A stretch of 50,871 nucleotides of DNA, taken from NCBI GenBank assembly GCA_001687465.1, contig LVLI01000584.1, positions 1 through 50,871 of the forward strand, written 5' to 3'. Made by a program: the position numbers and the translations under genes. Under the pieces are notes generated by a model. It made no database searches and was not told the DNA's origin. It was given only the letters and a program-made list of their open reading frames with translations. Position 1 is the first letter of the stretch. Each line of letters begins with the position of its first letter. The DNA is from Halocafeteria seosinensis. Lineage: Eukaryota. This document shows, one piece after another, positions 1 through 11,195 of the stretch.

Positions 1-741
1 ATAATATGGTTAGTTTTTGAAGAAGAAATAATATAAAGTTCTTTACTTTTGAGAAACAAACAATACTTTTCTGCGTCAGAGGATAACGGCATAGCGAAGA
101 AGGAAATCGCCATAGATAAGAGATTTTAGTGTGTCCCTATTTTGCAGTAAAACATTCTCCTATGATTTGTCCCTGCAATATATGGACAGTAAAAATTCAA
201 CATACAAAAAGTGATATAGGATCTCATATATGTATTTGGGCAGAAACTAAAAAGTGATACAGAAAAAACCCTAACCATTAGTGAGTGAGTAATAGTTGTG
301 GATTTTAGGGTGTCCCTATTTTGCGGTAAAACATTCTCCTATGATTTGTCCCTGCAATATATGGACAGCAAAAATCATAATAAAAAAGCTAATTTATATA
401 GAGTTTTTGAAGAAAACAAATAAAAAAGTATAATTTTAGAAGGAAGTTTTAAATGAAGAAAGGAAAGGGAGTAAATGGTATTTTGGGGCATAAAAAACAA
501 TAACTGTTAGTGAGGTGGAGTAACAGTTTGGTTATGGATTTTAGGGTGTCCCTATTTTGCGGTAAAACATTCTCCTATGGTTGGTCCCTGCAATATATGG
601 GCAGTAAAAAATTCAAAATAAAAAAAGTAACATAGTCACTAAATTAAAGACTAAGTAAAAGAAAAATAGGGGGGAAATATTCTGGGAGAAAACAGAATTA
701 TTTCAATAAACGTAGAAGACTTCGGGGATGTGGTGTAAAGC
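1..741 (+). repeat. left inverted-repeat arm with three ~75-bp subrepeats (about 123-200, 301-375, 537-617)
   Basis: Motif gtgtccctattttgc(a/g)gtaaaacattctcctatg..tgtccctgcaatatatggacag occurs three times. Confidence 0.9.
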
Positions 742-792
742 ATAATTATTAATTTGTTCAATGTGAAAACAAATTAAGAATTAATCAATCAA

Positions 793-1095
793 TTAGGCCA
801 TTTCATGGACATATAAACGTCTCTCTTGTACATTAGACATATCACTAGCTACCAGTTTATCATTAGCACCAGTATCTTTATAAAACCCTACATTACTACC
901 TTCTGCCCCTTTAATATGGACACTTGGAATATTATTACTATTTTGAATGTGAGAAAGATTAGATGGACCATAACAGTATCTCACGAGATACAATGAAAGG
1001 GATTTTTAGCACTTTCAAAACCGGCACTAGCAGCAGTAGATCTATCATTACCGGTTCCATCAATAACATCATCAATAGGCTCCCTACTACCAGTG
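793..1095 (-). pseudogene. AT-rich coding remnant inside the left arm (apparently frameshifted)
   Basis: 66-aa ORF at 793-993 plus an upstream open stretch in another frame (GSREPIDDVIDGTGNDRSTAASAGFESAKNP). No recognisable family. Confidence 0.3.
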
Positions 1096-1200
1096 CATAA
1101 GAAAACTAAGAAAACAAGGGACCGCACTATACCTACAGAGAAAAGTGAGTAATGCAATGTAGAGGATACGTTACATCTTCACTTTTTCAACTTATCCATT

Positions 1201-3608
1201 CTAGAAGTCTGCCCGTATATCCCTCTCAGACATATTTCGGTTTCGCAGCAGGTGATCAACGTTTTCGCCTATACTCCTAGACTGCTCCTGGATTCTCGCA
1301 ATAATGGCTTTCTCGAAATCATTGCAATGCTTTTCAGAGTCAGCGTTGTAGTCCAAACCACTACCCCAAAGAACGGCCTTCTCGTCTGAGGGCACAATTT
1401 CATCGCTGGCCCTCGAGAACCACGCACTTACGTCCTCAGTCACCAGATGAAGTTGTTCATTCCACGAGATGATATCAGAAAAGGTGTTCATCGATTCCAG
1501 AACTGTGTCCACTGGAAATCTCGTCAGGACATTGTCGATAATATAGGGGACATGCGCACCAACATCGTGGATCAACTGGTGGATTTCTGCTGTTATAGCA
1601 TCCAGAGTATCTGCAAGAAGTTGAAGAATATTTTTGCGCATGTTACCAGGGATAACGTTGCATGAAGACAACACTTGAAGTCTGTCCCTTATTGTAAGAT
1701 GTCTCTCCGTCAAGTTTTGCAGGACTTCTTGTCTTGGAACAGCCACATTTGTTGACCACTCACAGCCTGCTTGATTAGCTTCCTGAAGAATATTTAGAGT
1801 GGCTTGTAGATCTATGGAGATATTCTTCAGCTCAGAACGACGGATAGAATATTCAGCGGACTGAAATTCTGGTCGTTCATTCAAATTAAAGGCAGAAGTG
1901 CCTCGGTTATGTTCTCGTAGGCGATCGAGTTCTTCAGACCAGCATCCGGTCAAGAGCTCTCGTGTAAGACTCACTAGGAAAGGGCCCAAACTACGGAACT
2001 TCGTATCATCGCGCTTCAAACCCCACTCGATGAAGCTGCAAACAAACGCCACATCGAGTCGGGATGAGAAAAGTGACCCAAACACCTGGGAAGGGCGCTC
2101 TCGAAACTTGAGCACACGGAAAACAATTCCGAGGTAAACAAGGTAATCCTCTTCCAGCAATGCAAGTAAAGCAGTTTTCTCGAGCGACGAAAGCTCATTG
2201 GTATGGTTGACGTATTTCACAGCCTCCTTCCAACTATCGTCATACTGTTCAAGAACGAACAAGAGCCTATCAATCATGATCACGTAATGTCCCTTCCCTT
2301 CCATACGATCGATTTCCTCACCGCTGGGTCCATCGTCACTATCACTGTCGCAATCCCGAGCCCCAGTTAGACATTTGTATGCACCGTCTTCTCGAATTTC
2401 AGCCCAGACTTTTTCATCGACGTCGTCCGCCACTACAGGTGCATCTTGTGGAGTTTCGGTTTCCGTTTCCGTTCTCACAGCCCATAGAGAGCTGGCGGTA
2501 CGGAGGTAGTCTTCAACCGATATTGATGGCTTGCGTATTTCCAACATCCAATGATGTTTTTCTTTAGGATCTGGACGCCATTCTAAGGTTTCATGGTACT
2601 GTTGAGGGATCAAACCTACCTTGGATTTCATTCCCTCTTGCGGTACCATCACCTTCTGACCTGGTAATTGTTGAATCTTCTTAATGTTATCCCAAAAGGA
2701 CAAGCCCATTCTCTCGTTTGCAGCCTTTGGGAGAAGAACTTTTGACGGGTCGAATTCATTCCTCGGCTTCACCACAATATCCTTCGCATATGGCAGCGGA
2801 ACCTCGCGGAGCTTTTCAGGCGTGTACGCGAGCGTACCTATTTTCCCGTTCGGTTCGTTAATGTAGTGAACTCGCATCGAAATACCATCAGGATCGCTCT
2901 TCGGAGATGATCTTCGAACAAAGATCCACATTGGTGTTTTGTCCGTTGGACTACCTCCAACTTCACCTTTAGGTATGTTGCGGAATTCCTTCCGATACAT
3001 CTTAACGGGAGGACCGCCTTCAAAAAGAGCAGACCCCTTGAACCATAATAATGTCACAAGATAGTATATGTCAAATTTCACCTACTACCTTCGCCGGATG
3101 CAGCCGCGACAGAGAAGCGATGAAGGAACTGTGTCTCCTGCAAACCGAAAGTACAATCGTTTAGATGTTTTTCGCTAGTGTGCAAATAGCCAAGTGTCCT
3201 TTGCAAGATTGCCACAGTCTTAAGGCCAACACACTTGGAAAGGATGAATTGGAAATATTGAACAACATCTGATGTGTAGGATATCTAAATTTGATTCATT
3301 CCACTAATTGTCTTGCGAGCTTAATCACTTTCGCATCCTGTGACAACATTCTCGAGCTGAAAACTTCTTGAAGTTCGATGAGACGAAAGCGATATTTTTG
3401 TCCCCTTTACTTTCCCCTGTCTCTTGACCCTCCACACAACAACTCAAAACACGATTATGTAGGTGAGCCCTGCATGCTCCAGCAAACAAAAAAGAAATTC
3501 AAATTGTGGCAGCTTTGATGACGTACTTGCACCTTGGGTCTGAACGTGGATGAAAACGGGCGGGGAACCCTACGGGAAAAGCGGCGAAACCACTGCTGTT
3601 GAAGCATT
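1201..3608 (-). CDS. orphan protein (>600 aa), probably spliced, with a possible mitochondrial transit peptide
   Basis: Uninterrupted ORF 1201-3081. Plausible small exon ~3089-3137 (tgcag|ETQFLHRFSVAAASGE|gtagt) joins in phase. Upstream Arg/Ser/Phe-rich, acid-free leader MLQQQWFRRFSRRVPRPFSSTFRPKVQ is followed by a gtacgt donor. The 5' structure is uncertain. Confidence 0.7.
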
Positions 3609-4099
3609 GTGGTCGTGTTGCTCTCTAAGAAGAAAATACCAGCAAAGCGTATAGTCAATGCACACAAAAACCTCGATTGAAACAACGTCGTAACAACTCT
3701 CAATCAGTGTCAACTACTGATTAGAGTGAATATAAGACTTTGTATCAAATTGTATGTTCAAGCGAAGTCCGCCGCGGCTAGGCTGGTTGGTATTCCTGAA
3801 AACAGCCGTCCCCACGGTCCAATCCCCACCCCGTTCTCGCCATCCCCATCCCCATGAAGCATTCTTAACTTACTGACTCACAATGAAAAATGGAAAATGG
3901 TCTATCATTGAGGGTAATACTGTTCATTCTTTAAGCATATGCTCAATCGAATTTAGCCATGATAGCAGCATAGTTCCTGGTCCGTTGGTAGTGGTCCAAC
4001 TAGTGGACTTCTCACAACGGGCTCTTGTACAACGTCATTCTCTATAATTGCTTGTAGAAGATGACGATGATGATGAAGGAGAGGCTGATACAGGGTTCG

Positions 4100-4618
4100 G
4101 CTTTACACCACATAGGAGAAGTCCTCTACGTTTATTGAAATAATTTATTGTAATTTTTTGTTTTATCCCCTTAATTCTCCTTTACTTCATTTCCCCCAAA
4201 TATCTCCCACCTTTCGTGACTATATTACTTTTTTTATTTTGAATTTTTTGCTGTCCATATATTGCAGGGACAAACCGTAGGAGAATGTTTCACCGCAAAA
4301 TAGGGACACCCTAAAATCCATAACTATTACTCCACCTCACTAATAGTTATTGTTTCTTATCACTTCCTAGTTTTTCCCCATACTACATAGTTTTAGCTCC
4401 TATCTGACTTTTTGTATGTTGAAATTCTTGCTGTCCATATATTGCAGGGACAAATCATAGGAATGTTTTACTGCAAAATAGGGACACCCTAAAATCTCTT
4501 ATCTATGGCGATCTCCTCTCTTCGCTGTGCCGTTATCCTCTGACGCAGAAAAGTATTGTTTCTTTCTCCAAAGTAAAGGACTTTATATTATTTCTTCTTC
4601 AAAAACTAACCATATTAT
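4100..4618 (-). repeat. right inverted-repeat arm with two subrepeats (about 4241-4320, 4421-4497)
   Basis: ctgtccatatattgcagggacaaa...gcaaaatagggacaccctaaaatc occurs twice and is the reverse complement of the left-arm motif. Confidence 0.9.
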
Positions 4619-4750
4619 TTTTACCTAATATATCATTCCTAAATTCTCAAAATATGAATTTCAAAAAATTTAATCCAAATATAGATTTNANTTTCTCCAA
4701 ATGTAAATTTTATTTTCCAAATCTAAAAATTATTCATCCAAATTTATTTT

Positions 4751-4770
4751 CTATCTCCCGCGGGAGATAG
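4751..4770. repeat. perfect 20-bp palindrome at the outer edge of the AT-rich arm
   Basis: ctatctcccgcgggagatag equals its own reverse complement. Confidence 0.95.
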
Positions 4771-5093
4771 TTGTCAGGGTAACAATTTTGGCACGACAAT
4801 AAATGGTTGACATTGCGAAACAAAATGTTGGAAATTGCCTATACTACTTTGTACCCCGTGTTTGCGAAGAGTTTTTGAACTCGGGTTCTCAAGCATGAAA
4901 GAAGTATCCTACAGCACAAGCGGGCGGTAGTGGTTCACACATCGTGCTTTACAGCTATCGGCTGCAAGTGAATCGATGTTCCTTTCAATAAGTTTACATC
5001 CAAATTTGAATTGGATTAAAGTCCTGGTGAAGAATTCTTATCGAACAGTTAACTCTGCTTAAGTGCGCTATTCGCGAAAACAGGGATAACGAA

Positions 5094-6978
5094 ATGGTGT
5101 TCTCCCACAAAAAGGTGCTGCTTTCAGGTTTTATGCTAGCCATAGCATGCTTTCCCAATTTATATGAAGCCCAAGGAGCTATTGAAAGTGACCGCATACA
5201 GTCACTCCCCGGTATGTTACATTTGGAAAAAGATAATTCTGGTTCTCGTTTCGGAGTTCCACTCATCAATGGCTCACACACAGAGCCATGCATAAGGGGT
5301 GTTGGGGGCATAGCCTATCTCCAAATGTGCACAGAAAACCAGTGGACACTTTGGTATGACGCTATGTCATTTTAGTAGTCCAAATAAGCTCTGCAGCATT
5401 CGAAGAGCTACGGCTTGAAGTCCGCACCAGATTCTAGTTGACCCTAATCGCAACTTCATTGGAGCTTCTCCTTCGTGCTTGTCCTGCAGGATGGAATGGT
5501 GCTCTTCCGACAAAACAGTACAGTGGATACTTTGCTGTTGAGCATGGAAGCAAGCACCTGCATTATTGGTTTGTGGAATCGGAAAACAATCCGTCGACGG
5601 ATCCGGTGATCGCCTGGTATAACGGGGGACCAGGTTGCAGCTCACTTATGGGATTCTTCACGGAGAATGGTCCGTTTGCAATCAATGTGACTCAGAACGG
5701 GCCCATTCTTGTCGAGCGTCCGACCCGTTGGAACAAGTTTGCGAAGTAAGTGTGAGGCTCCTGATGAACACTTACTGTAATCGATAGCATATATGCCTGC
5801 GGCTTACAATGTGCAGTGTCGTCTACTTCGAATCCCCAGCGGGAGTCGGGTTCAGCTACGCTAATTCGGAAGCCGGCCTTACGACAAATGACTCGGAAAC
5901 CGCAGATAACAATTATGAAGCTCTAATGAAGTTCTTTGAAGGATTCAGCGAGTACCGTTCCAACCAGCTATTTTTGACTGGGGAAAGCTACGCTGGTATT
6001 TACGTTCCTACACTCGCGCATTTGGTACTGAAAAGAGACAACCGTCTTAATTTGAAAGGCATCATGGGTATGTTGTCCAAGTCTCCGATGTAGGCAATCG
6101 CAGTCAGAACAAAGTTTTCACAATTCGCTTCGTGCAGTCGGAAACGGATGTACAGGCAATGACATTGGCGTCTGCGGAGGATACAATGCAAAGTATTTGT
6201 CTGAATTTCTGGGACGTAAGGGCCTCTTCAGCGAAAAACTGTACGAGACTATTCGGAAGCAGTGCACTGATTGGAGAAACCGCTCTTCTAAGTGCCAAGA
6301 TGCCCTCCGCCAAATGCATCAAGAGGTCGGCGCAATCAATGTTTACAACGTATATGCTCCGTGCATTGATACAGGGGACTCTGCCTCATTCGAGGATCCA
6401 GTCATCGGGAAGTTACGGAAGACTCTGTTTCAAACATCTAGTGGATATGGCCCGGAACCTCAACCTGGACCTCTCCAGTGTATCAACGGTGGCCCATCGG
6501 AGACTTATTTAAATCAAGCCAGCGTCCGTTCGGCATTGCATGTAGGAAGTGAAAGTACGACGGGGAAGTGGACCACATGTACAAACGCTTTGAATTATAC
6601 CAGCACCCAATCAAATGAGCCGAAAAATATTTACCCGGATTTGATAAACAATTATCGTGTGTTGATCTACAATGGCGACGCTGATGGCTCTGTTCCGTAC
6701 TTGGACAACGAAGAATGGACCAGCAATATGAGTATTCCTGTCAAGAGCAAGTGGAGGCCTTGGTATGTGGACAACCAAGTTGCAGGTTACGTCACCAAGT
6801 ACGAAAATGACTTTGCCTTCCTTACAGTTAAAGGAGCTGGTCACGTAAGTTGCCATGACGACGAAATCCTATCTTCAAAAAATATCTCTGCATTACGGTT
6901 GCCGATCTGCCGCAGATGGTACCGGAATTTAAACCTGAGCAAGCTTATGCCATGGCCTACAGGTTTATCATGGAGTAA
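5094..6978 (+). CDS. serine carboxypeptidase, peptidase family S10 (cathepsin A-like), 5 exons, signal peptide
   Basis: Motifs [27 protein letters not shown] (catalytic Ser), YNGDAD and TVKGAGH|MVP. Introns at about 5212-5489, 5746-5816, 6068-6137 and 6846-6915. Stop TAA at 6976-6978. Confidence 0.93.
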
Positions 6979-7636
6979 CATCTTTGAATTCAAATCCATT
7001 CGTCATGCGAATGCCTCAGTGGCATCAAACAGCAGATGAAACAGGGAATGATCCCTACAGCACTCACGTTAAGAGGATTACTTTGGGGATTTGCTCACAG
7101 AATGGTGCGCTTATGGTCGAAATATTTGGACTATTCCAGCATATACAATAGATTGTGTACATTGTGGTATACAAATGTTCGCCCGTGTATTTGTCCTCTG
7201 GTTAACTCTCACTTCTTCACTTCCACTTCCTCACTTCCTGAGAAGTCCTGAGAACCTCCTCGCACTATCCAATTTTCTTTTCAACAAAAACTCACTGTCA
7301 ACCCTTCACCACTTATTTTATCTCGGTTAAGTTCTATTCCGGGCTGTTTGAGTCACGGTCTTCGCATTTGCACCTCATTAACGATTCCACTCCACCATGC
7401 TGATCATGCTGGTGCCGACGGACCGTGCCGTCCGAGTCGTCCCCCGAGGGTCCCCGTGCCCTGTACCGCACCATGGAGCGGGGACGCGGTGGCCAATATC
7501 TCATAAAAACCCAATTCTAGCTATCTTTTTGATTTGTATTCATTTTTGATATATCATCGCGTTCGCGTTGCTCCTGCATTACCACACGAATAGTTTCGAG
7601 CGTCCTAGACGCTAAAACACGGAACTTCAACTTGCC

Positions 7637-9140
7637 ATGGAACGGGAGGTGAAAGGATTCAAGTACCGTCCTAAACGGCCGTCGGAAGGATCTGCCTCGC
7701 ATACAACGACTGCTGGCTCCCAAGCAACACAAACACGTCGACAGCAGCGGCAAAGTACGGGGACTAACACCACGCCGGGATTAGCGCGTGCAGAGCCGAA
7801 TAAGCGAAGGAGCGAGGGATCTTCCAATAGAGAGTCTAAACGCCAGAAATCGACAGCGACTTCGCCTTCCTTGCCCTCTGACACGCAGCACGGGGGTACC
7901 CAGGGCCAAGAAGAGCCCTCATCATCCTCGGATGAGAGCGTTGTTCAGCGTAAAAGAAGCGGCGCTCGGTTTCAATCCCCTTCTTCAAAGTCCTCCCCAG
8001 GACCACAGTCGGCGAAGCAAGTCCCAACGTATCCGCAAGTGGATTATGACAACCAAGTAGACTTTACATCGGACCAAAGAACGTCTGAAGCTCGATTGGG
8101 AGAAGTGCTTGATCGTCTCTTGCGACGTGAACTGAAGGAGGTGGAAAAAGTGTATACGGGAAAGCATGCTTACATCGCTGAAAATGGTAAGGACTGTTCT
8201 GGTTTTCAAAAAAAGGCATGGTTTATTATACTTCAGAACTTCAATTCTTAATTTCCCAGTGACGGAGGTTGCCAATACCCTTATCAACCGGGTAGAAGAT
8301 TTTCTTATGCAAGGTGGACTTCAACGTCGGAAAGAGAGGGGTTCCTCCACAGCAAAAGGCACCCCTGTAAGCTATCTAATTTACTCGTGGGTTAGGATGA
8401 GCTTTACAGAAGCGTGTACGCAGTCCTCATCGCAGGATAGTAAATATAATGTGGAACTAGTAAATCAAAAAGCTGTTCTTCGCAAGCTAATGGAAAATTA
8501 CGCAAATGAGTTGAATCAATGGAAGAAGATCGAGGTAAGTTACTGTGGGATTGTTATTCTCAAACGTTTTGCTCGATCTAGTACCTTTTGGGGTCTTTGT
8601 TTCCAGGAAAGATGCGCTGCTCCCAGTGGAGAATCTCTCCATTCTCTATTGGATGACTCGGAGAGTACTAGGTCTGGAAAGGCTTCAGACGCGGACTATG
8701 ACCAACAATATTTCAATTCGTATTCATTTGCTAACGACGTGATACAACGAAATAAGTTCGGGGAAGAAGTTGCTGACAAGTTAAGTTTGTACTCCGATAG
8801 TATCAAAGCCCTATTCCGCAAAGCAGAAACGGTAGCTAAGGATGCTAAAGAAGCAACGGATACTGCGGCGGCAGATTTACGCGGGAAGACATTTCGGAAT
8901 TACAGTGAAGTTGATAGGCCGTCTCATTTGGTCAAGAAGCTGGCTGAGAAGACCCCAGAGAAGAAGAATAAGTCTAGTGCAGATTCGCCCCCACCAAAGA
9001 CGAAAGATATTCAAGGGACGAGTAATACACGTAACAGTCCTCGCCGAAGAGACCAGTCTGCTCCCCTAAAGGAAACAGGAGGGATGACAGGAGCCTTGCT
9101 TGCGTCTGCTAAACAGAAGGATAATAACTTGTTTCAGTAG
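7637..9140 (+). CDS. spliced protein with disordered N-terminus; possible kinetochore Dsn1/Mis13-like subunit
   Basis: Exons joined by gtaagg..cccag (8188-8279) and two more GT-AG introns. N-terminal GFKYRPKR, helix SEARLGEVLDRLLRRE and coiled coil NVELVNQKAVLRKLMENYANELNQWKKIE resemble the order of Mis13/Dsn1 motifs as recalled. The gene is solid; the identity is tentative. Confidence 0.45.
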
Positions 9141-9257
9141 TTGACAGTGGATTCATACCGTCAGGGTGGCTCACTATCTATCGCGGAGAACCAATGACGT
9201 CTAGTAGTATGTAGAGATACTTCGTGGCACCAGGTGCATTGACGTACAACGCCACCG

Positions 9258-10928
9258 TTACATCTGTTTGTTGAAAACAAATCGATAGGTCATAGCGTAT
9301 GCTTGCTCGGGCTTGAATTGCGGTACCATCTGCGAACGTTAACACAATGATACAGTAGTTCTACTACGTTTGGAAATTACGAGCTTTCGGTAAATACTTA
9401 CATGACCAGATCCCTTCACGGTGATGAAACCGAATTCTTGCTCGTATTGAGTATAGTAGCCAGCGACTTGGTCATTGACATACCATGGTCTCCATGCACT
9501 CTTCTGGGGGATATTCATATTGCTCGTCCACTCTTCGTTGTCGGTGTAAGGGACACAGGAATCGGAATCTCCATTGTAGATCAAGACTCGATAGTTCTTG
9601 ATTAAGTCCGGGTAAATATACTTTGGTTCGTTCTTCTGCGTCATTGTGTAGGCCAAATTTGAGCAAGGTTTCCACTTGCCCGTAACGTTTTCGCTGGCGA
9701 CGTGCAACGCAGAGCGGACGCTGACTTGGTTCAGATAGGCTTCTTGAGGAGCATTGTTGCCGCATGATACAGGCCCAGGCTGGGGCTTTACAGACACTTT
9801 TGTAGACGCGGCTGCATCGCGTTGGGCATCTCTCAAGGATTGAGGAAGAAGTGGGTTCTCGAAAGAGGATGATGAGCCGGTGTTAATACAAGGAGCATAA
9901 ACATCATACACATCTACTGGACCAACTTCCGCATGCATCTGTTTTAATGCTGCTTGACAATTTGAAGAAGGGTGAACCCAGTCGGTACATTCGCTCTTGA
10001 TCGTTTCGTAGACCTTATCACTGAATAGCCCCTTCCCTCCAAGTAACGCGGAGACGTATTTCGGTCCAAGAGGACTGCACGTTCCCACATCATTGCCCGT
10101 GCAACCATTACCGACTGAGCAATCGAAAGCAAATCATATGGAAATTGGGTAAGAATAATATCTGTGACAAATTGGGCCTTACCCATGATTCCTTTGAGGT
10201 TCAGTTGGTTGCTCCTCTTGAGTACGAGGTAAGCTAAAGTTGGCACATAGACACCAGCATAGCTCTCTCCTGTCAAAAAGAGTTCATGAGACCGATATTG
10301 ACTGTAGGCGTCGAAGAACTTTACGAGAGCTTCGTAGTTGTCGTTTGCGGTCACAGAGTCGTTGGTAGTGTATCCTCTGGTCGATTCAGCGTAACTGAAT
10401 CCAACTCCCGCTGGAGACTCGAAATACAATACACTGAGCACACAGAGAAAAAAGGAAAGGTAAGTAGCCTAGATCCATTTGTCAAGATGCACAGTCTTAC
10501 TTGGCAAATTTATTCCATCTCGTAGAGCGTTCCACGAGGATGGGCCCATTATCGGTGAGGTTGACAGCGAAAGGTCCATTCTCAGTAAGGAACCCTAGGA
10601 CCGAGCTGCATCCTGGGCCTCCATTGTACCAGGCAACCACAGGATCCTTGTCCGGATCGTTTTCAGATTCCACAAACCAGTAGTGCAAATGTTTTGTTCC
10701 ATCGGCCACGGAAAAGTATCCACTATAGTGCTTGCTGGGAAGCGCGCCGCTCCAACCTGCAGTAGCATGTTGTCCTGAAGGGGGCCGGCCATATATACGG
10801 GTTAACTAAGCAGCAAGCAACATACCCGGCAAAGATTGCACCCGATCGGCTTCTATGGCACCTTGTGAGCCCCCGACCATGAAGCTACACACGGTCACTA
10901 CGGCAGCGACGAGGAATTGCAGGGACAT
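9258..10928 (-). CDS. serine carboxypeptidase S10, second paralog, 5 exons, signal peptide
   Basis: Starts MSLQFLVAAVVTVCSFMVGGSQGAIEADRVQSLP|. Motifs [22 protein letters not shown] and TVKGSGH|MVPQFKPEQAY. Intron positions match those of 5094-6978. Confidence 0.93.
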
Positions 10929-11195
10929 TGTACACACGCAACACCTGTCTGGTATTATCTATGTCACCCGAAAATATACACGACAACAACTGATTATCAG
11001 GAGCGAACAGAGAAGAAGAACAAACATCATCAACTACACAGGTCCTCTATATACTATACTGAGGGCCTTCCTAGACTCCAGGCGCGGCCCGCACGAGCTG
11101 TCTGTCGCTGAGTTCGACCCCCAACTTCAACTTGTTGTTTAGAGATACGTGTATGAAGGCATTTGATTGAATGAGTCCCGCGTTTCACTAACACA

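Larger units (their letters stand above)
1..4770. mobile_element. AT-rich long-inverted-repeat element (Foldback/Pack-MULE-like or endogenous virus remnant) enclosing a host-like gene; left end lies outside the window
   Basis: 1-741 is the reverse complement, with substitutions and indels, of 4100-4618 (e.g. ataatatggttagtttttgaagaag at 1 vs cttcttcaaaaactaaccatattat ending 4618; gtggtgtaaagc ending 741 vs gctttacaccac from 4100). AT-rich sequence continues to ~4750, then changes abruptly to host-like composition. Confidence 0.65.

Noticed and set aside
123..617. CRISPR-like repeat-spacer array
   Set aside because: Units are ~75 bp with irregular 100-160-bp spacers, are mirrored in the opposite arm, have no cas genes nearby, and lie in eukaryotic DNA.
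4751..4800. Helitron 3' end
   Set aside because: The palindrome is not followed by CTRR on either strand, and long inverted arms do not fit a canonical Helitron.
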